Below, piece by piece: positions 16,214-25,880 of a stretch of 64,000 nt of DNA. The position numbers and the translations under genes were made by a program. Every line of letters starts with the position of its first letter. Positions within the stretch are counted from its first letter, which is position 1. This DNA is from an uncultured Flavobacteriales bacterium (GTDB lineage Bacteria > Bacteroidota > Bacteroidia > Flavobacteriales_D > Sanyastnellaceae), in the NCBI GenBank assembly GCA_938084585.1, contig CALKFF010000041.1:20720-84719 (forward strand), given 5' to 3'. The notes beneath the pieces were generated by a model. It was not told the DNA's origin and searched no databases. It saw nothing but the letters and a program-made list of their open reading frames with translations.

Positions 16214-16704
16214 GGGCACAACGACGATTTGGGGGTGAACAGACCGCGCAAGCGGCCGACACCGGCGAAGGCCGCATCCCAATGGTCGATTTGAAGTTCA
16301 ACCTCAGCCATGCCGCAGGTGGGCAGCCAGACCGGTTGTTCAGTCAACCGCTCCACGAGCTCGCTCAGCCCAGGATTGTGCCCCACGATCCAAGCTTGGT
16401 CGTGGAGGTTGTCGAGTGCGTTGATCCAGCCGAGCCATGCCCGGTCGCTCGCCAAATACCCTTCTTCCAGCACGGTGATGGCCGTTTCGTCGGCCTGCCA
16501 TGCTTCCCGCAGCAGTGCGGTGGTTTGGGTGGTGCGAACCGCCGCGCTCGTCAGGACCGGGCTGCCCAACCCATGGGCGCCTCGACTCCATTGACCGAGC
16601 GACTCGGCGTCGCGCGCGCCGCGTGGGCTCAAGGCACGGTGAAAGTCCCCGTCTGGGTGTTTGGCTTCCGCCTTGCCATGTCGGACCACGAACAATCGCT
16701 TCAT
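16210..16704 (-). CDS. sixA: phosphohistidine phosphatase SixA (histidine phosphatase superfamily)
   Basis: 164 aa. N-terminal RHG motif (LFVVRHGKAE) and GHNPG motif. Confidence 0.75.
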   Translation of the reverse strand: MKRLFVVRHGKAEAKHPDGDFHRALSPRGARDAESLGQWSRGAHGLGSPVLTSAAVRTTQTTALLREAWQADETAITVLEEGYLASDRAWLGWINALDNLHDQAWIVGHNPGLSELVERLTEQPVWLPTCGMAEVELQIDHWDAAFAGVGRLRGLFTPKSSLCP

Positions 16705-16733
16705 GTCACGAATGTCGTGAATATCTTGCGTCC

Positions 16734-17558
16734 ATGATGGAAGGGTTGATTGCGTGGATGGAGTCCATGGGGCCGGTCAAGGCCGCTTTGGTGGGAACCT
16801 TGTTCACATGGGCCATGACGGCGGCTGGCGCTGCGCTTGTGTTTCCGTTCAAAAGCATGAACCGCAAGTGGTTTGACGGCATGTTGGGGTTCACGGGCGG
16901 GGTGATGGTGGCGGCCAGCTTTTGGTCGTTGTTGGCGCCCGCCATCGAAATGACAGGGGGCGAGGGCTTCGAGAAAGTGGGGCCGCCTGCGATTGGCTTC
17001 GCGTTTGGCGCCTTGTTCATTTACATGCTGGACAAGTTCACGCCCCACCTGCACATCAATTTCAAGAAAGAGGAGGCGGAAGGACCCAAGACGGATTGGC
17101 ACCGCACGACGTTGTTGGTGTTGGCCATCACCCTTCACAACATCCCGGAGGGGCTGGCCGTGGGGGTGTTGTTCGGCGGGGCGGCCTTGGGGTTGGATGG
17201 CGCGACCACCGCAGGGGCAGTGGCCCTGGCCATCGGAATTGGCATCCAGAATTTCCCAGAAGGCTTGTCGGTCAGCATGCCCTTGCGGCGCGACGGTGTG
17301 AGCAGGGGCAGGGCCTGGTGGTTTGGACAACTGTCGGCTGTGGTGGAGCCCGTGGCCGCCGTGATTGGTGCTGTGGCGGTGATGGCCATGCGCCCCATTT
17401 TACCCTACGCGTTGGCGTTTGCAGCGGGAGCCATGATTTACGTGGTCATCGAGGAAGTCATCCCAGAAACCCAGCGGGACAAGTACACCGACATCGCCAC
17501 CCTCGGCTTCATCGGTGGCTTCATTGTCATGATGTCGCTGGACGTGGGGTTGGGCTGA
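16734..17558 (+). CDS. zupT: ZIP family zinc/metal transporter
   Basis: 274 aa from ATG 16734 (MMEGLIAWME). Motifs HNIPEGLAVG and IQNFPEGL. The ORF-track 5' extension from 16500 is antisense to sixA. Confidence 0.85.
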   Translation: MMEGLIAWMESMGPVKAALVGTLFTWAMTAAGAALVFPFKSMNRKWFDGMLGFTGGVMVAASFWSLLAPAIEMTGGEGFEKVGPPAIGFAFGALFIYMLDKFTPHLHINFKKEEAEGPKTDWHRTTLLVLAITLHNIPEGLAVGVLFGGAALGLDGATTAGAVALAIGIGIQNFPEGLSVSMPLRRDGVSRGRAWWFGQLSAVVEPVAAVIGAVAVMAMRPILPYALAFAAGAMIYVVIEEVIPETQRDKYTDIATLGFIGGFIVMMSLDVGLG

Positions 17559-18900
17559 GGTTGGCGCCCCCGAACCGGCCGCTGCTCATCAACAGCAAAA
17601 CGTGGTTTTGGCTGGGCACTTCGGCCAGCCTGGCTTCCAGGGCACGCACAGAGGTCACCACTTCCAAGTCGTGCCGGCCGAAGCAATCCTTGACAAACCC
17701 AGCATCCAGCTCGGGGAGACGCTTGTGCGCCACCACGTCAGGGTCGAAAAACACCACGGCTCGATCTGCCGCGTCCATGGCGGCCTGGTACTGGGGCAAG
17801 AAGGCTTTGTTCAGGCTGCTGAACGTGTGAAGCTCAAACACCGCCGTGACCTCGCGGTCTGGGAATTGCCCAACCACTGAAGCTTGGGTGGCACGAAGCT
17901 TGGACGGGGCGTGGGCGAAATCGCGAAACGCCGTGAATGCACGGCCGGCGTCTTCCTGGGCCACTTCAAGGCGTCGGGCCGCCCCCGTGAAACTGGCCAT
18001 GTTGCGGTCGAACGTCTCGTGGGACAGCCCCATGGCGTGGCACGCTTGTCGCGCTGCAGCCAAGTTTTGCATGTTGTGCGTGCCGAGAAGTTTCATGTCC
18101 AAGAACCCCTTGTCCCAACGCACTTCGCTGCCCGTGGCTGTGGGCCTGTGCTCAGGGGTGTGGTAGGGGATCCAGTGGATGTCAGGGCGTTCAGGCTTCA
18201 CCTCAGCCACGACGTGGCACACCTTGGCATCCTCTTCGCAATACACCACCACACCATCCGACTGGACTGTGCGGAGGTAGGCTGAGAATTGGGATACGTA
18301 ATCATCTTCTGTGGGGAACACGTTGACGTGGTCCCAAGCAATGCCCGTCAAGATGGTCACGTGGGGCCCGTACCAAAGAAACTTGGGGCGGCGGTCGATG
18401 GGGGAGCTCAAGTATTCGTCTCCTTCAATCACGGCCCATTCGTGCCGATCGTCGAGGTCCACCATCCGGTCGAACCCTTCCAACTGCGCCCCCACCATGA
18501 GGTCGGTGCGCATGCCAGCGCCGTGCAGCGCGTGCAGGACCATGGAGGTGACGGTGGTTTTGCCATGGCTTCCGGCCACGACCATCCGCTTTTTCTTCTC
18601 TGTCGCGAAGCGCAGGAATTCTGGGTAGCTCTGGATGGTCAAACCGAGTTCCTGGGCGCGCAGGAGCTCAGGGTTGTCCTGACGCGCGTGCATGCCGAGG
18701 ATGACCACGTCCAGATCGGCGGTGATGTTCGACGGATCCCAGCCTTCTTTGGCCGGGAGCAGCCCCGCCTTGTCCAACCGTCCGCGGCTGGGCTCGAAGA
18801 TTTGGTCGTCGCTCCCAGTCACATGGTGGCCCGCATGGTCCAGCGCCAAGGCAAAATTGTGCATGGCGCTTCCGCCCACGGCAATCAGGTGAATTCGCAT
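17527..18900 (-). CDS. Mur ligase family protein (Mpl-like murein peptide ligase, annotated peptidoglycan synthetase in Bacteroidota)
   Basis: Start at ATG 18900 (MRIHLIAVGGSAMHNFALAL). ATP-binding GSHGKTT. MurC/Mpl-type domain order. Confidence 0.8.
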   Translation of the reverse strand: MRIHLIAVGGSAMHNFALALDHAGHHVTGSDDQIFEPSRGRLDKAGLLPAKEGWDPSNITADLDVVILGMHARQDNPELLRAQELGLTIQSYPEFLRFATEKKKRMVVAGSHGKTTVTSMVLHALHGAGMRTDLMVGAQLEGFDRMVDLDDRHEWAVIEGDEYLSSPIDRRPKFLWYGPHVTILTGIAWDHVNVFPTEDDYVSQFSAYLRTVQSDGVVVYCEEDAKVCHVVAEVKPERPDIHWIPYHTPEHRPTATGSEVRWDKGFLDMKLLGTHNMQNLAAARQACHAMGLSHETFDRNMASFTGAARRLEVAQEDAGRAFTAFRDFAHAPSKLRATQASVVGQFPDREVTAVFELHTFSSLNKAFLPQYQAAMDAADRAVVFFDPDVVAHKRLPELDAGFVKDCFGRHDLEVVTSVRALEARLAEVPSQNHVLLLMSSGRFGGANLSPTPRPATS

Positions 18901-18968
18901 GTGGGGAAGTTCACATCTTTCCGCAGCAAGACTTGGCAGGCGCCCGTGCATTTTCTCACATTCGCAAC

Positions 18969-19721
18969 ATGACAAACCTCACTTGGTGGCAAGCCCACCG
19001 TCAGGCCTGGGCATGGCTTCGTGGGCCGTTGCGCATGTGGTTCCTTCCAGCCACTGGGGTGGCGGTCGCGCTGTCGGCCCTTGGGTGGTGGGGCATTTCT
19101 TGGGTCGCGTCAGACGTGGCCAACCGCGTGGTCGACGCGCTGGGGGTGGAACGAGGTGAAGGTTGGATTCAATCCCTGACCCAAGGCTTGGTGTCCCTGG
19201 TGTTGCTGGTGGTCAAGCTCAAACTCACGAAGCACCTCGTCTTGGTGTGCATGGGCCCCATTCTGGCCATGGCAAGTGAAGCCGCGGAAGTTCGCCTTAC
19301 GGGAAGGGAATTGCCGTTTTCATGGCGTCGGGCATGGAAGGACGCTTGGCGCGGGCTGCGTTCAGCCTTGTTGCTCGCCGCGTTCGAGTGGGGTGTGTTG
19401 CTGCTCTGTTGGTTGGCGACATTGATGTCGCCCGTGCTCGCCCCCGTGTGGGTGGCGATGACGTGGGCCTTTGGGGTGTGGGTGTACGGCGCGTCGATGT
19501 TGGATTACGTCTGGGAGCGTGAAGCGTTGGGCGGACGCGACGGGTTGCGCAAGAGCCTGCGCGCCTGGAAAACGGCCCTGGGCGTGGGGCTGCCCTTTTG
19601 GGCGTGGATGTCCATGCCTGTGTTGGCGTGGACGGTCGGTCCGGTGTTTGGCGGGTTGACAGGGGCGATTTCCGCGGTGCTCATGACCCGGACCCCCAAG
19701 CCTCACTTGGCCACCACCTGA
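18969..19721 (+). CDS. EI24/CysZ-like integral membrane protein (hypothetical)
   Basis: About 250-aa Trp-rich polytopic membrane protein from ATG 18969 (MTNLTWWQAH). The family assignment is tentative. Confidence 0.55.
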   Translation: MTNLTWWQAHRQAWAWLRGPLRMWFLPATGVAVALSALGWWGISWVASDVANRVVDALGVERGEGWIQSLTQGLVSLVLLVVKLKLTKHLVLVCMGPILAMASEAAEVRLTGRELPFSWRRAWKDAWRGLRSALLLAAFEWGVLLLCWLATLMSPVLAPVWVAMTWAFGVWVYGASMLDYVWEREALGGRDGLRKSLRAWKTALGVGLPFWAWMSMPVLAWTVGPVFGGLTGAISAVLMTRTPKPHLATT

Positions 19722-20995
19722 ATCGAAACCCCGAGCGATTCGAGGTCGTCGAAGAAGGCAGGGTAGCTCTTGGCCACGCACTCAGCGTTCACGATTTCCA
19801 CGGGGGCGCCAGCCGCCCCGAGAATCGCCGCGGCCATGGCCATGCGGTGGTCTCCACGAGGGTCGATGCGTCCCGATTGGGGTTTGGCAGGGTGCACGCG
19901 AAGGGTGTCGTTGGTTTCGTCGAGTTCCACCTTCACGCCGAGTTTGGCCCATTCCTCTTGAATCGCCAGGCCGCGGTTGGATTCTTTGTTGTCCAAACGG
20001 TGCAAGCCCTTGAGGGTGCTTGGCTTTTTGGCGAAAACGGCCATGGCTGCAAGCGGGGGGAACAGATCCGGGCAATCGGTCAAGTCCACTTGAAACGCCT
20101 TGGGCTTTCCTGCAAACACTTGAATGCCGTCGTCCACGCCGGCCAGTCGGCACCCGCTGAACAACAGGGCGCCTTTGATGGCCTCGTCCGCTTGGGTGAC
20201 GCTGCTGGCCAACCCTTCAATGGTCAGTGAGTGAGGGGCGCACAGAAGGCCCAGACCCAACAGGAAGGCCGCGCCAGACCAATCTCCATCCACCGTCATG
20301 TCCACAGCCTTGGCGCGTTGGTGTCCTGGAATGTTCAGGACCCAGGTTCGGCTGTCCTCCACTTGGTGCGCGTCGACTTGGAGTCCAAAGTCCTCCATCA
20401 TCTCCAACGTCATCTCCATGTAGGGGGCGCTGACCACGTTGTGAAGGGTCAGTTTGGAATCGTCCTCCAGCAAGGGAAGGCTGCACAACAACCCGGTGAT
20501 GACCTGGCTGGTTCCGTTTGCGTCCAGTTCGTACGCCCCGGGTTGAAGCGGTCCTTGGACCGACAGACTTTGCCCGGGTTCTTGGCCATCCACCATGGCG
20601 CCGCACGCACGCAACGCCGTGGCCCAACCTTGGAATGAGCGCGCCGCCAACGTGCCCTCGCGTTCCAACGCAAGGGGCTGGTTGTGCAACGCAGCAAGGG
20701 TGCCGAAGGTGCGCGCCCCGAGTCCAGATTCTCCTGGGGTTAGGGTGTCGGTGCGGGGTGCGGGGCGTGCCACGCCGTGGATGGCCACCGCGTCGTCGCC
20801 CAGCTCCAAGGTGGCGCCGAGTTGGGCGCTCATCATCATGGCCTGGGTGCAGTCGTCCGATTCGGAGGGGCGGCGCAACATGGTGGTGCCCTCCGCAAAC
20901 GTCGCCAGGGCCAAGGCCCGTTGCATGATGCTCTTGCTGGGCGGCGCCCAGACGTTGTCCCCGGACAACGTGCTGGGGAGGACCTTCAGGATCAT
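19703..20995 (-). CDS. aroA: 3-phosphoshikimate 1-carboxyvinyltransferase (EPSP synthase)
   Basis: 430 aa from ATG 20995 (MILKVLPSTLSGDNVWAPPSKSIMQRAL), with an ATGA overlap with the ubiE stop. C-terminal GDHRMAMA motif. Confidence 0.9.
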   Translation of the reverse strand: MILKVLPSTLSGDNVWAPPSKSIMQRALALATFAEGTTMLRRPSESDDCTQAMMMSAQLGATLELGDDAVAIHGVARPAPRTDTLTPGESGLGARTFGTLAALHNQPLALEREGTLAARSFQGWATALRACGAMVDGQEPGQSLSVQGPLQPGAYELDANGTSQVITGLLCSLPLLEDDSKLTLHNVVSAPYMEMTLEMMEDFGLQVDAHQVEDSRTWVLNIPGHQRAKAVDMTVDGDWSGAAFLLGLGLLCAPHSLTIEGLASSVTQADEAIKGALLFSGCRLAGVDDGIQVFAGKPKAFQVDLTDCPDLFPPLAAMAVFAKKPSTLKGLHRLDNKESNRGLAIQEEWAKLGVKVELDETNDTLRVHPAKPQSGRIDPRGDHRMAMAAAILGAAGAPVEIVNAECVAKSYPAFFDDLESLGVSIQVVAK

Positions 20996-21738
20996 GCCGT
21001 CTGCGGGTTGCGCCCAATGTACACTGTGGCGATGCCCCCGGTCAATGGACGGGCCTTCAGGTCCACGTACCCCGCTTTGCGCATTTCTTCCAGGAAGTCC
21101 TGCCCCTCTGGAAACGCGTCGACGCTTTCTGGGAGGTAGGTGTAAGCCGCAGGGTCTTTGCTCACCCACCGTCCCACGGTGGGCATGATGTGTTTGAAGT
21201 AGAGCCCAAACACCTGCTTGATCGGGAACACCCGAGGCTTGGAGAACTCGAGCACGAGGCCAAGTCCACCAGGCTTCAACACACGACGCATGTCTTGCAA
21301 CCCGCCTTGCAGGTTCTCAAAATTCCGCACGCCAAAGGCGACGGTGTAGGCGTCGAAGTGGCCGTCGTTGAAAGGGAGCCTGACCGAGTCGGCTTGGATC
21401 AATTCAATGCGGTCGTTCCATCCCCGGGCCGCCACTTTTTTACGCCCTACGTCCAGCATGCCGGCGCTGATGTCCACCCCCGAGACATGCACGTCGAGCC
21501 CCATGCGAACAGCTTCGATCGCGAAGTCTGCGGTCCCGGTGGCCACGTCCAAGAGTTTGGCGGGCGACTCCTTGCGGAGGATGCGGATGCAGGTCTTGCG
21601 CCACAACACGTCGATGCCCAACGAGAAGAAGTGGTTGAGGAAATCGTACCTGTGGGCGATGCCGTCGAACATGCGCTCGACTTGGTTCTTCTTGGCTTCG
21701 TCGTCGGAACTGACGTAGGGTGTGATTTTCGTGCCCAT
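20992..21738 (-). CDS. ubiE: demethylmenaquinone methyltransferase (UbiE/MenG)
   Basis: 248 aa. VERMFDGIAHRYDFLNHFFSLGID and SAM motif LDVATGTADFA. Confidence 0.9.
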   Translation of the reverse strand: MGTKITPYVSSDDEAKKNQVERMFDGIAHRYDFLNHFFSLGIDVLWRKTCIRILRKESPAKLLDVATGTADFAIEAVRMGLDVHVSGVDISAGMLDVGRKKVAARGWNDRIELIQADSVRLPFNDGHFDAYTVAFGVRNFENLQGGLQDMRRVLKPGGLGLVLEFSKPRVFPIKQVFGLYFKHIMPTVGRWVSKDPAAYTYLPESVDAFPEGQDFLEEMRKAGYVDLKARPLTGGIATVYIGRNPQTA

Positions 21739-21756
21739 GGGGAAAGGGTGAAGGGG

Positions 21757-23580
21757 TCACCCGACCAGCGTGTGCCCGTCGGGGTATTTGAAATGGGACT
21801 GCAAGGTTCGGCCACCGACGGCAAACGCCACCGTCAAGGTGCCCACACGTCCCACAAACATGGCCGCAGAAAGCACCATTTTGCCTGCGGTGGACATCAT
21901 CGGGGTGATGCCTGTGCTCAAGCCGACGGTGCCCATGGCACTCACGTGCTCGAAGGCCAAATCAAAAAAGTTGCAGGCGTTGGCGGTCAACATCGCGGAT
22001 TCTGTCAAAGTCAACAGAAAAACCCCGACGAGGTTTCCGACCAAGAAGAACAGCAGCACGCTGTACGCCCGAGAGCGAAGCACGTCGTTGATGGTTCGTT
22101 TGAAAATCTGAACGTGGTCGGCCCCACGCACCGTCCGTGCCACGTCCGCCAGGACGATGGCGAAGGTGCTCGTCTTGATGCCGCCACCTGTCGAGCTGGA
22201 GGATGCGCCAATGAACATCAGCACCAAGAGCAAGAACAACATGGGCATGCCCACCGCACCAATGTCGACCGTGTTGAAGCCGCTGGTGCGCGTCACGCTT
22301 TGGAACACTGCAGTGGTGAACTTCCCAAACCACGACATGCCCTCCAGGGTGCCGTGCCATTCCAAGGCGCCGTACGCCACCCCACCAAACACCACCAGCC
22401 CGGTCGAGAAGTACAGGGCGATTTTGGTGGGGAAGGAAATGGTCTTCCAGGGTTGCATCATGCGCTCCCGAAGTTTGGACACGTCAAACAGGTCAAACAT
22501 GGCGATCATGCCCAGCGCCCCCAAGAACACCAGCGCGGTGATGACCCAGTGGACCAGCCAGTTCGTGGCCACCCAGGGGTGGGCCAGTCCGTCCGTGAAC
22601 AGAGTGATGCCGGCGTTGTTGAAGGCCGAGACGCTGTGAAACACCGACGAGAACGCGCGGTCCGTCCATCCCGAGAACGGCACATCTGGGCTCCACAGCG
22701 CCATGAGCGCCACCGCGCCCAACAGCTCGAGGCCAAGGCACCACATCACCACCTTGCTCAGGGTTCTACTGCTCCCCAATAAGTTGTCCGTGTTCACGAA
22801 GTCCTCGATGACGTCGTGCTGCTTCACCGCCACGCCAAACTTGGACGCCAAGGCCAAGAAGGACCCGAACGCGATGAAATTCAACCCGCCCAATTGGATG
22901 AGCACCAGAAGCACCCAGTGTCCTTTGTGGGTGAAGTACGTCATGGTGTCCACGCTCATCAGCCCCGTCACGCAGGTCGCGCTCGTGGCGGTGAACAAGG
23001 CATCTGCCCAAGGCATGCCGCCTTCCTCCGTGGTCATTTGGGGCATGCTCAGGAGCCATGTGCCTGCTGCGATCAACACGAGGAAGCTCATGATGAACAC
23101 CATGGCGGGGTGCACCTTGACGCGGGGCAAACGCGACCCAGGCCGCATCCACTCCGTGAGGATGGCCACAAGGAGGTAGCCCTGCACCACAAACGTGCTG
23201 AGGTCGGTGGCGTTGGGCAGGATGGTGCTCACGGCAGATCCCAAGAGGGGCATGCCCAGAAACAGGTCGCCGGCGCCTTCCACGGCAAGCAACGCCATCA
23301 AGAGCCCTTCCGCCCAAGTCTCTCGGAAGAAGGTTTTGGGGTGAAAGTGGTACAGCACCCGAACCAGGTAATGCAGCACGTAGAATCCGAAACTGAATTT
23401 GACCACCCCAAACAGCTGACCCGCTGTTTCTGCCGAGTGGTCGTACCCGTAATACACGGCGAGCGACACGAGCGCCGACAAGTTCACAACGAGGTTCAGC
23501 CATTGAAACAAGCCGAGGGCTCGGTCTTTGCTGTCGTAGAGCCACACGTTGGCCCGCTCACGAAATTCTTGCCAGCTCAA
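21757..23580 (-). CDS. trkH: TrkH family potassium uptake protein
   Basis: Polytopic protein with repeated TrkH/KtrB M1-P-M2 units (TGGGIKTST etc.). No in-frame ATG lies near the expected N-terminus. TTG 23580 (LSWQEFRERANVWLYDSK) overlaps the upstream stop as TTGA. The ORF-track 5' part (23581-23718) lies inside the upstream kinase gene. Confidence 0.8.
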   Translation of the reverse strand: MSWQEFRERANVWLYDSKDRALGLFQWLNLVVNLSALVSLAVYYGYDHSAETAGQLFGVVKFSFGFYVLHYLVRVLYHFHPKTFFRETWAEGLLMALLAVEGAGDLFLGMPLLGSAVSTILPNATDLSTFVVQGYLLVAILTEWMRPGSRLPRVKVHPAMVFIMSFLVLIAAGTWLLSMPQMTTEEGGMPWADALFTATSATCVTGLMSVDTMTYFTHKGHWVLLVLIQLGGLNFIAFGSFLALASKFGVAVKQHDVIEDFVNTDNLLGSSRTLSKVVMWCLGLELLGAVALMALWSPDVPFSGWTDRAFSSVFHSVSAFNNAGITLFTDGLAHPWVATNWLVHWVITALVFLGALGMIAMFDLFDVSKLRERMMQPWKTISFPTKIALYFSTGLVVFGGVAYGALEWHGTLEGMSWFGKFTTAVFQSVTRTSGFNTVDIGAVGMPMLFLLLVLMFIGASSSSTGGGIKTSTFAIVLADVARTVRGADHVQIFKRTINDVLRSRAYSVLLFFLVGNLVGVFLLTLTESAMLTANACNFFDLAFEHVSAMGTVGLSTGITPMMSTAGKMVLSAAMFVGRVGTLTVAFAVGGRTLQSHFKYPDGHTLVG

Positions 23581-24608
23581 CGTGGGTCTGAAATGTGGGC
23601 GTGGACGCGGGGCAGTTCCGCTTGCAAGTCTGCCTTGGAGATGGGCACGACGCCGACGCGTTCGCACACCCAACCGCCAGCGAGGTTGGACACCTGTGCA
23701 ATGGCACGGGCGTCGCATCCGGAAGCCAACAACAGGGCGGCCACAGAGATCACGGTGTCGCCTGCGCCGCTGACGTCCATCACTTCACGCGGCACCGCCG
23801 GGATGTGAAGGTGGTCGATGCCTTCTTGGGGCGCATGAATCCAAGTGCCATGCTCGCCCAGGGTCACCATCACACGCGCGCACCCGAGGTCGGCTTGCAA
23901 CCGTTCCACGGCCTGGGCCATGTCCGCCTGGCGTTGAGGGTGCACGGGTTCTGTCAACCCAAGGCCTTCGTTCAGCTCTTTCAAGTTGGGCTTGAAAAGG
24001 GCCACACCTTGGTACGCATGGAAGCGCTTGAGCTTGGGGTCCACAGCCACAGGAATGCCTGCATCTTGACAAGCCGCAAGCAAGCCGGAAACGGTGTCCT
24101 CGGTGAGCAAGCCCTTGTCGTAGTCCTCAAGAATCACCACGTCCGGGCGGTTGGCGCCCTCAATCAACGTTTTGAATGTGTTCAGGACGTCTTGTCCCAC
24201 TGCGGCGGCCACATCCTCGGTGGACTCCTCGTCCACGCGAACGACGTGTTGTCCTCCGCTGATTACGCGGGTCTTCACCGTGGTGGGGCGCGACGTGTCC
24301 ACGACCAGGTGCGGCGAACACACATCTTCCAGCAATGTGGTCAAATCAGCGCCAGAAACGTCCTGGCCAACGACGCTGACCAACGTCACCTCCGCCCCCA
24401 GGGCATGCAGGTTTTTCACCACGTTGCCCGCGCCACCTGCCCGGATTTCTCGACGCGTCACATCCACAACGGGCACAGGGGCCTCAGGGCTGACGCGGCT
24501 CACGCGACCCCACATGTAGGCGTCGACCATGACGTCTCCCACAACACACACCTTGGGGCGGTCCCACGGAAGGACGTCGAAGGGAAGGGGGGAATCCACC
24601 TTGCTCAT
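23577..24608 (-). CDS. PfkB-family sugar kinase, RfaE domain-I-like (D-glycero-beta-D-manno-heptose-7-phosphate kinase-like)
   Basis: 343 aa. N-terminal VCVVGDVMVDAY and C-terminal DVSGAGDTV ribokinase-family motifs. No adenylyltransferase domain. Confidence 0.75.
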   Translation of the reverse strand: MSKVDSPLPFDVLPWDRPKVCVVGDVMVDAYMWGRVSRVSPEAPVPVVDVTRREIRAGGAGNVVKNLHALGAEVTLVSVVGQDVSGADLTTLLEDVCSPHLVVDTSRPTTVKTRVISGGQHVVRVDEESTEDVAAAVGQDVLNTFKTLIEGANRPDVVILEDYDKGLLTEDTVSGLLAACQDAGIPVAVDPKLKRFHAYQGVALFKPNLKELNEGLGLTEPVHPQRQADMAQAVERLQADLGCARVMVTLGEHGTWIHAPQEGIDHLHIPAVPREVMDVSGAGDTVISVAALLLASGCDARAIAQVSNLAGGWVCERVGVVPISKADLQAELPRVHAHISDPR

Positions 24609-24626
24609 GCCGACAAAGGTCGGACT

Positions 24627-25823
24627 TTACGCCAAACGCGCGCAGGCTTTTTGAATCCGTGACACCGCCTCTTCAAGCACCACGTCGGCGGCGGCGTAGG
24701 ACAAGCGAATGCACTCAGGCGTGCCAAACGCCGCGCCAGAAACGGAAGCCACCTGGGCTTGTTCAAGCAAGAAGAAGGCCACGTCGTCCGAATTCTCCAG
24801 GGTTTTCCCTTCAAACGTTTTGCCGAACAACGCGCTCACATCGGGGAACACGTAAAACGCGCCCATGGGCTGGTTGACCTTGAACCCAGGCACTTGGCTG
24901 AGTCCCTCGACCATGAGGGCCCTGCGACGACGGAAGGCCGCCACCATGTCGCCCGTCACGCTGGGGTCTGCTTCAAGCGCCGCCGCGGCCGCGGCCTGGG
25001 TGATGCTGGAAGGGGCGGACGTGAATTGCCCTTGGATTTTGGTGCACGCGGCTGCAATCCACTTGGGCGCGCCGATGTACCCCAAACGCCAGCCTGTCAT
25101 GGCGAATCCTTTGGAAATCCCGTTCACCGTCACCGTGCGCTCCAACATGCCTGGCTGGGCGGCCATGCTCGCGTGCTTGTCGGTGAAGTTGATGAGCTCG
25201 TAGATCTCATCGCTGACAGTGATGATGCGGTCGTGCTTGCGGAGGACGTCGGCCAAGGCGGCTGTTTCGTCGTGGGTGTAGACGGAGCCTGAGGGGTTGC
25301 ATGGGGAGGAGTACATCACCAAACGCGTTTTGTCGGTGATGGCGGCTTCCAACGCTTCGGGTTGGACTTTGTAATCGTCGTCGATGCTCGTCGGCAAAAT
25401 GACGGGGGTGCCGCCGGCGACTTTGACCAACTCCTCGTAGCTGACCCAAAACGGCGCGGGCAAGATGACTTCGTCTCCTGGATCGACGAGCGACAGCACC
25501 ACATTGGCCAGGCTTTGCTTGGCGCCGGTGCTGACAACCACCTCGTCCATGCTGTAGGTCAAGCCGTTGTCCCGCTTGAATTTCTCCACGATGGCCCTCC
25601 GCACGCGAGGGGTGCCTGGCACAGGGGTGTAGTGGGTTTCGTTGGCTTCGATGGCCTCGATGCCTGCTTGCTTCATGGCGTCAGGCGTGTCGAAGTCGGG
25701 CTCGCCCAACGACAGGGAGATGACGTCGATGCCTTGGTCTTTCAATTCGCGGGCCTTGCGAGACATGGCAATGGTGGCCGATTCGCTCAGGCGCTGAAGC
25801 AGTTTGGACGTGGTGTGTTCCAT
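24627..25823 (-). CDS. pyridoxal-phosphate-dependent aminotransferase, class I (aspartate aminotransferase-like)
   Basis: 398 aa from ATG 25823 (MEHTTSKLLQRLSESATIAM). GEPDFDTP, NPSG, and PLP-lysine context SKGFAMTGWRLGY. Confidence 0.85.
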   Translation of the reverse strand: MEHTTSKLLQRLSESATIAMSRKARELKDQGIDVISLSLGEPDFDTPDAMKQAGIEAIEANETHYTPVPGTPRVRRAIVEKFKRDNGLTYSMDEVVVSTGAKQSLANVVLSLVDPGDEVILPAPFWVSYEELVKVAGGTPVILPTSIDDDYKVQPEALEAAITDKTRLVMYSSPCNPSGSVYTHDETAALADVLRKHDRIITVSDEIYELINFTDKHASMAAQPGMLERTVTVNGISKGFAMTGWRLGYIGAPKWIAAACTKIQGQFTSAPSSITQAAAAAALEADPSVTGDMVAAFRRRRALMVEGLSQVPGFKVNQPMGAFYVFPDVSALFGKTFEGKTLENSDDVAFFLLEQAQVASVSGAAFGTPECIRLSYAAADVVLEEAVSRIQKACARLA

Positions 25824-25848
25824 CTTGGCTGAAGAAATTTTTGCAGCC

Positions 25849-25856
25849 CAAAAGTA
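25849..25856 (-). promoter_or_regulatory. -7 promoter box TACTTTTG for the aminotransferase gene
   Basis: Perfect TAnnTTTG, 25 nt upstream of ATG 25823. It lies inside the ORF-track N-terminal extension, which supports the trimmed start. Confidence 0.4.
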
Positions 25857-25873
25857 CACCTCGCTTTGAGGTG
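25857..25873 (-). terminator. short hairpin after the SSF symporter gene, abutting the next promoter
   Basis: CACCTC aaagc GAGGTG on the minus strand, followed by TACTTTTG. The 6-bp stem is weak. Confidence 0.3.
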
Positions 25874-25880
25874 AACGGCG

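Noticed and set aside
23581-23718. Arg-rich 46-aa N-terminal extension of the TrkH ORF in the ORF track
   Set aside because: It lies entirely inside the 3' end of the upstream kinase gene in another frame and has no similarity to TrkH N-termini. A TTG at 23580 gives a conventional N-terminus.
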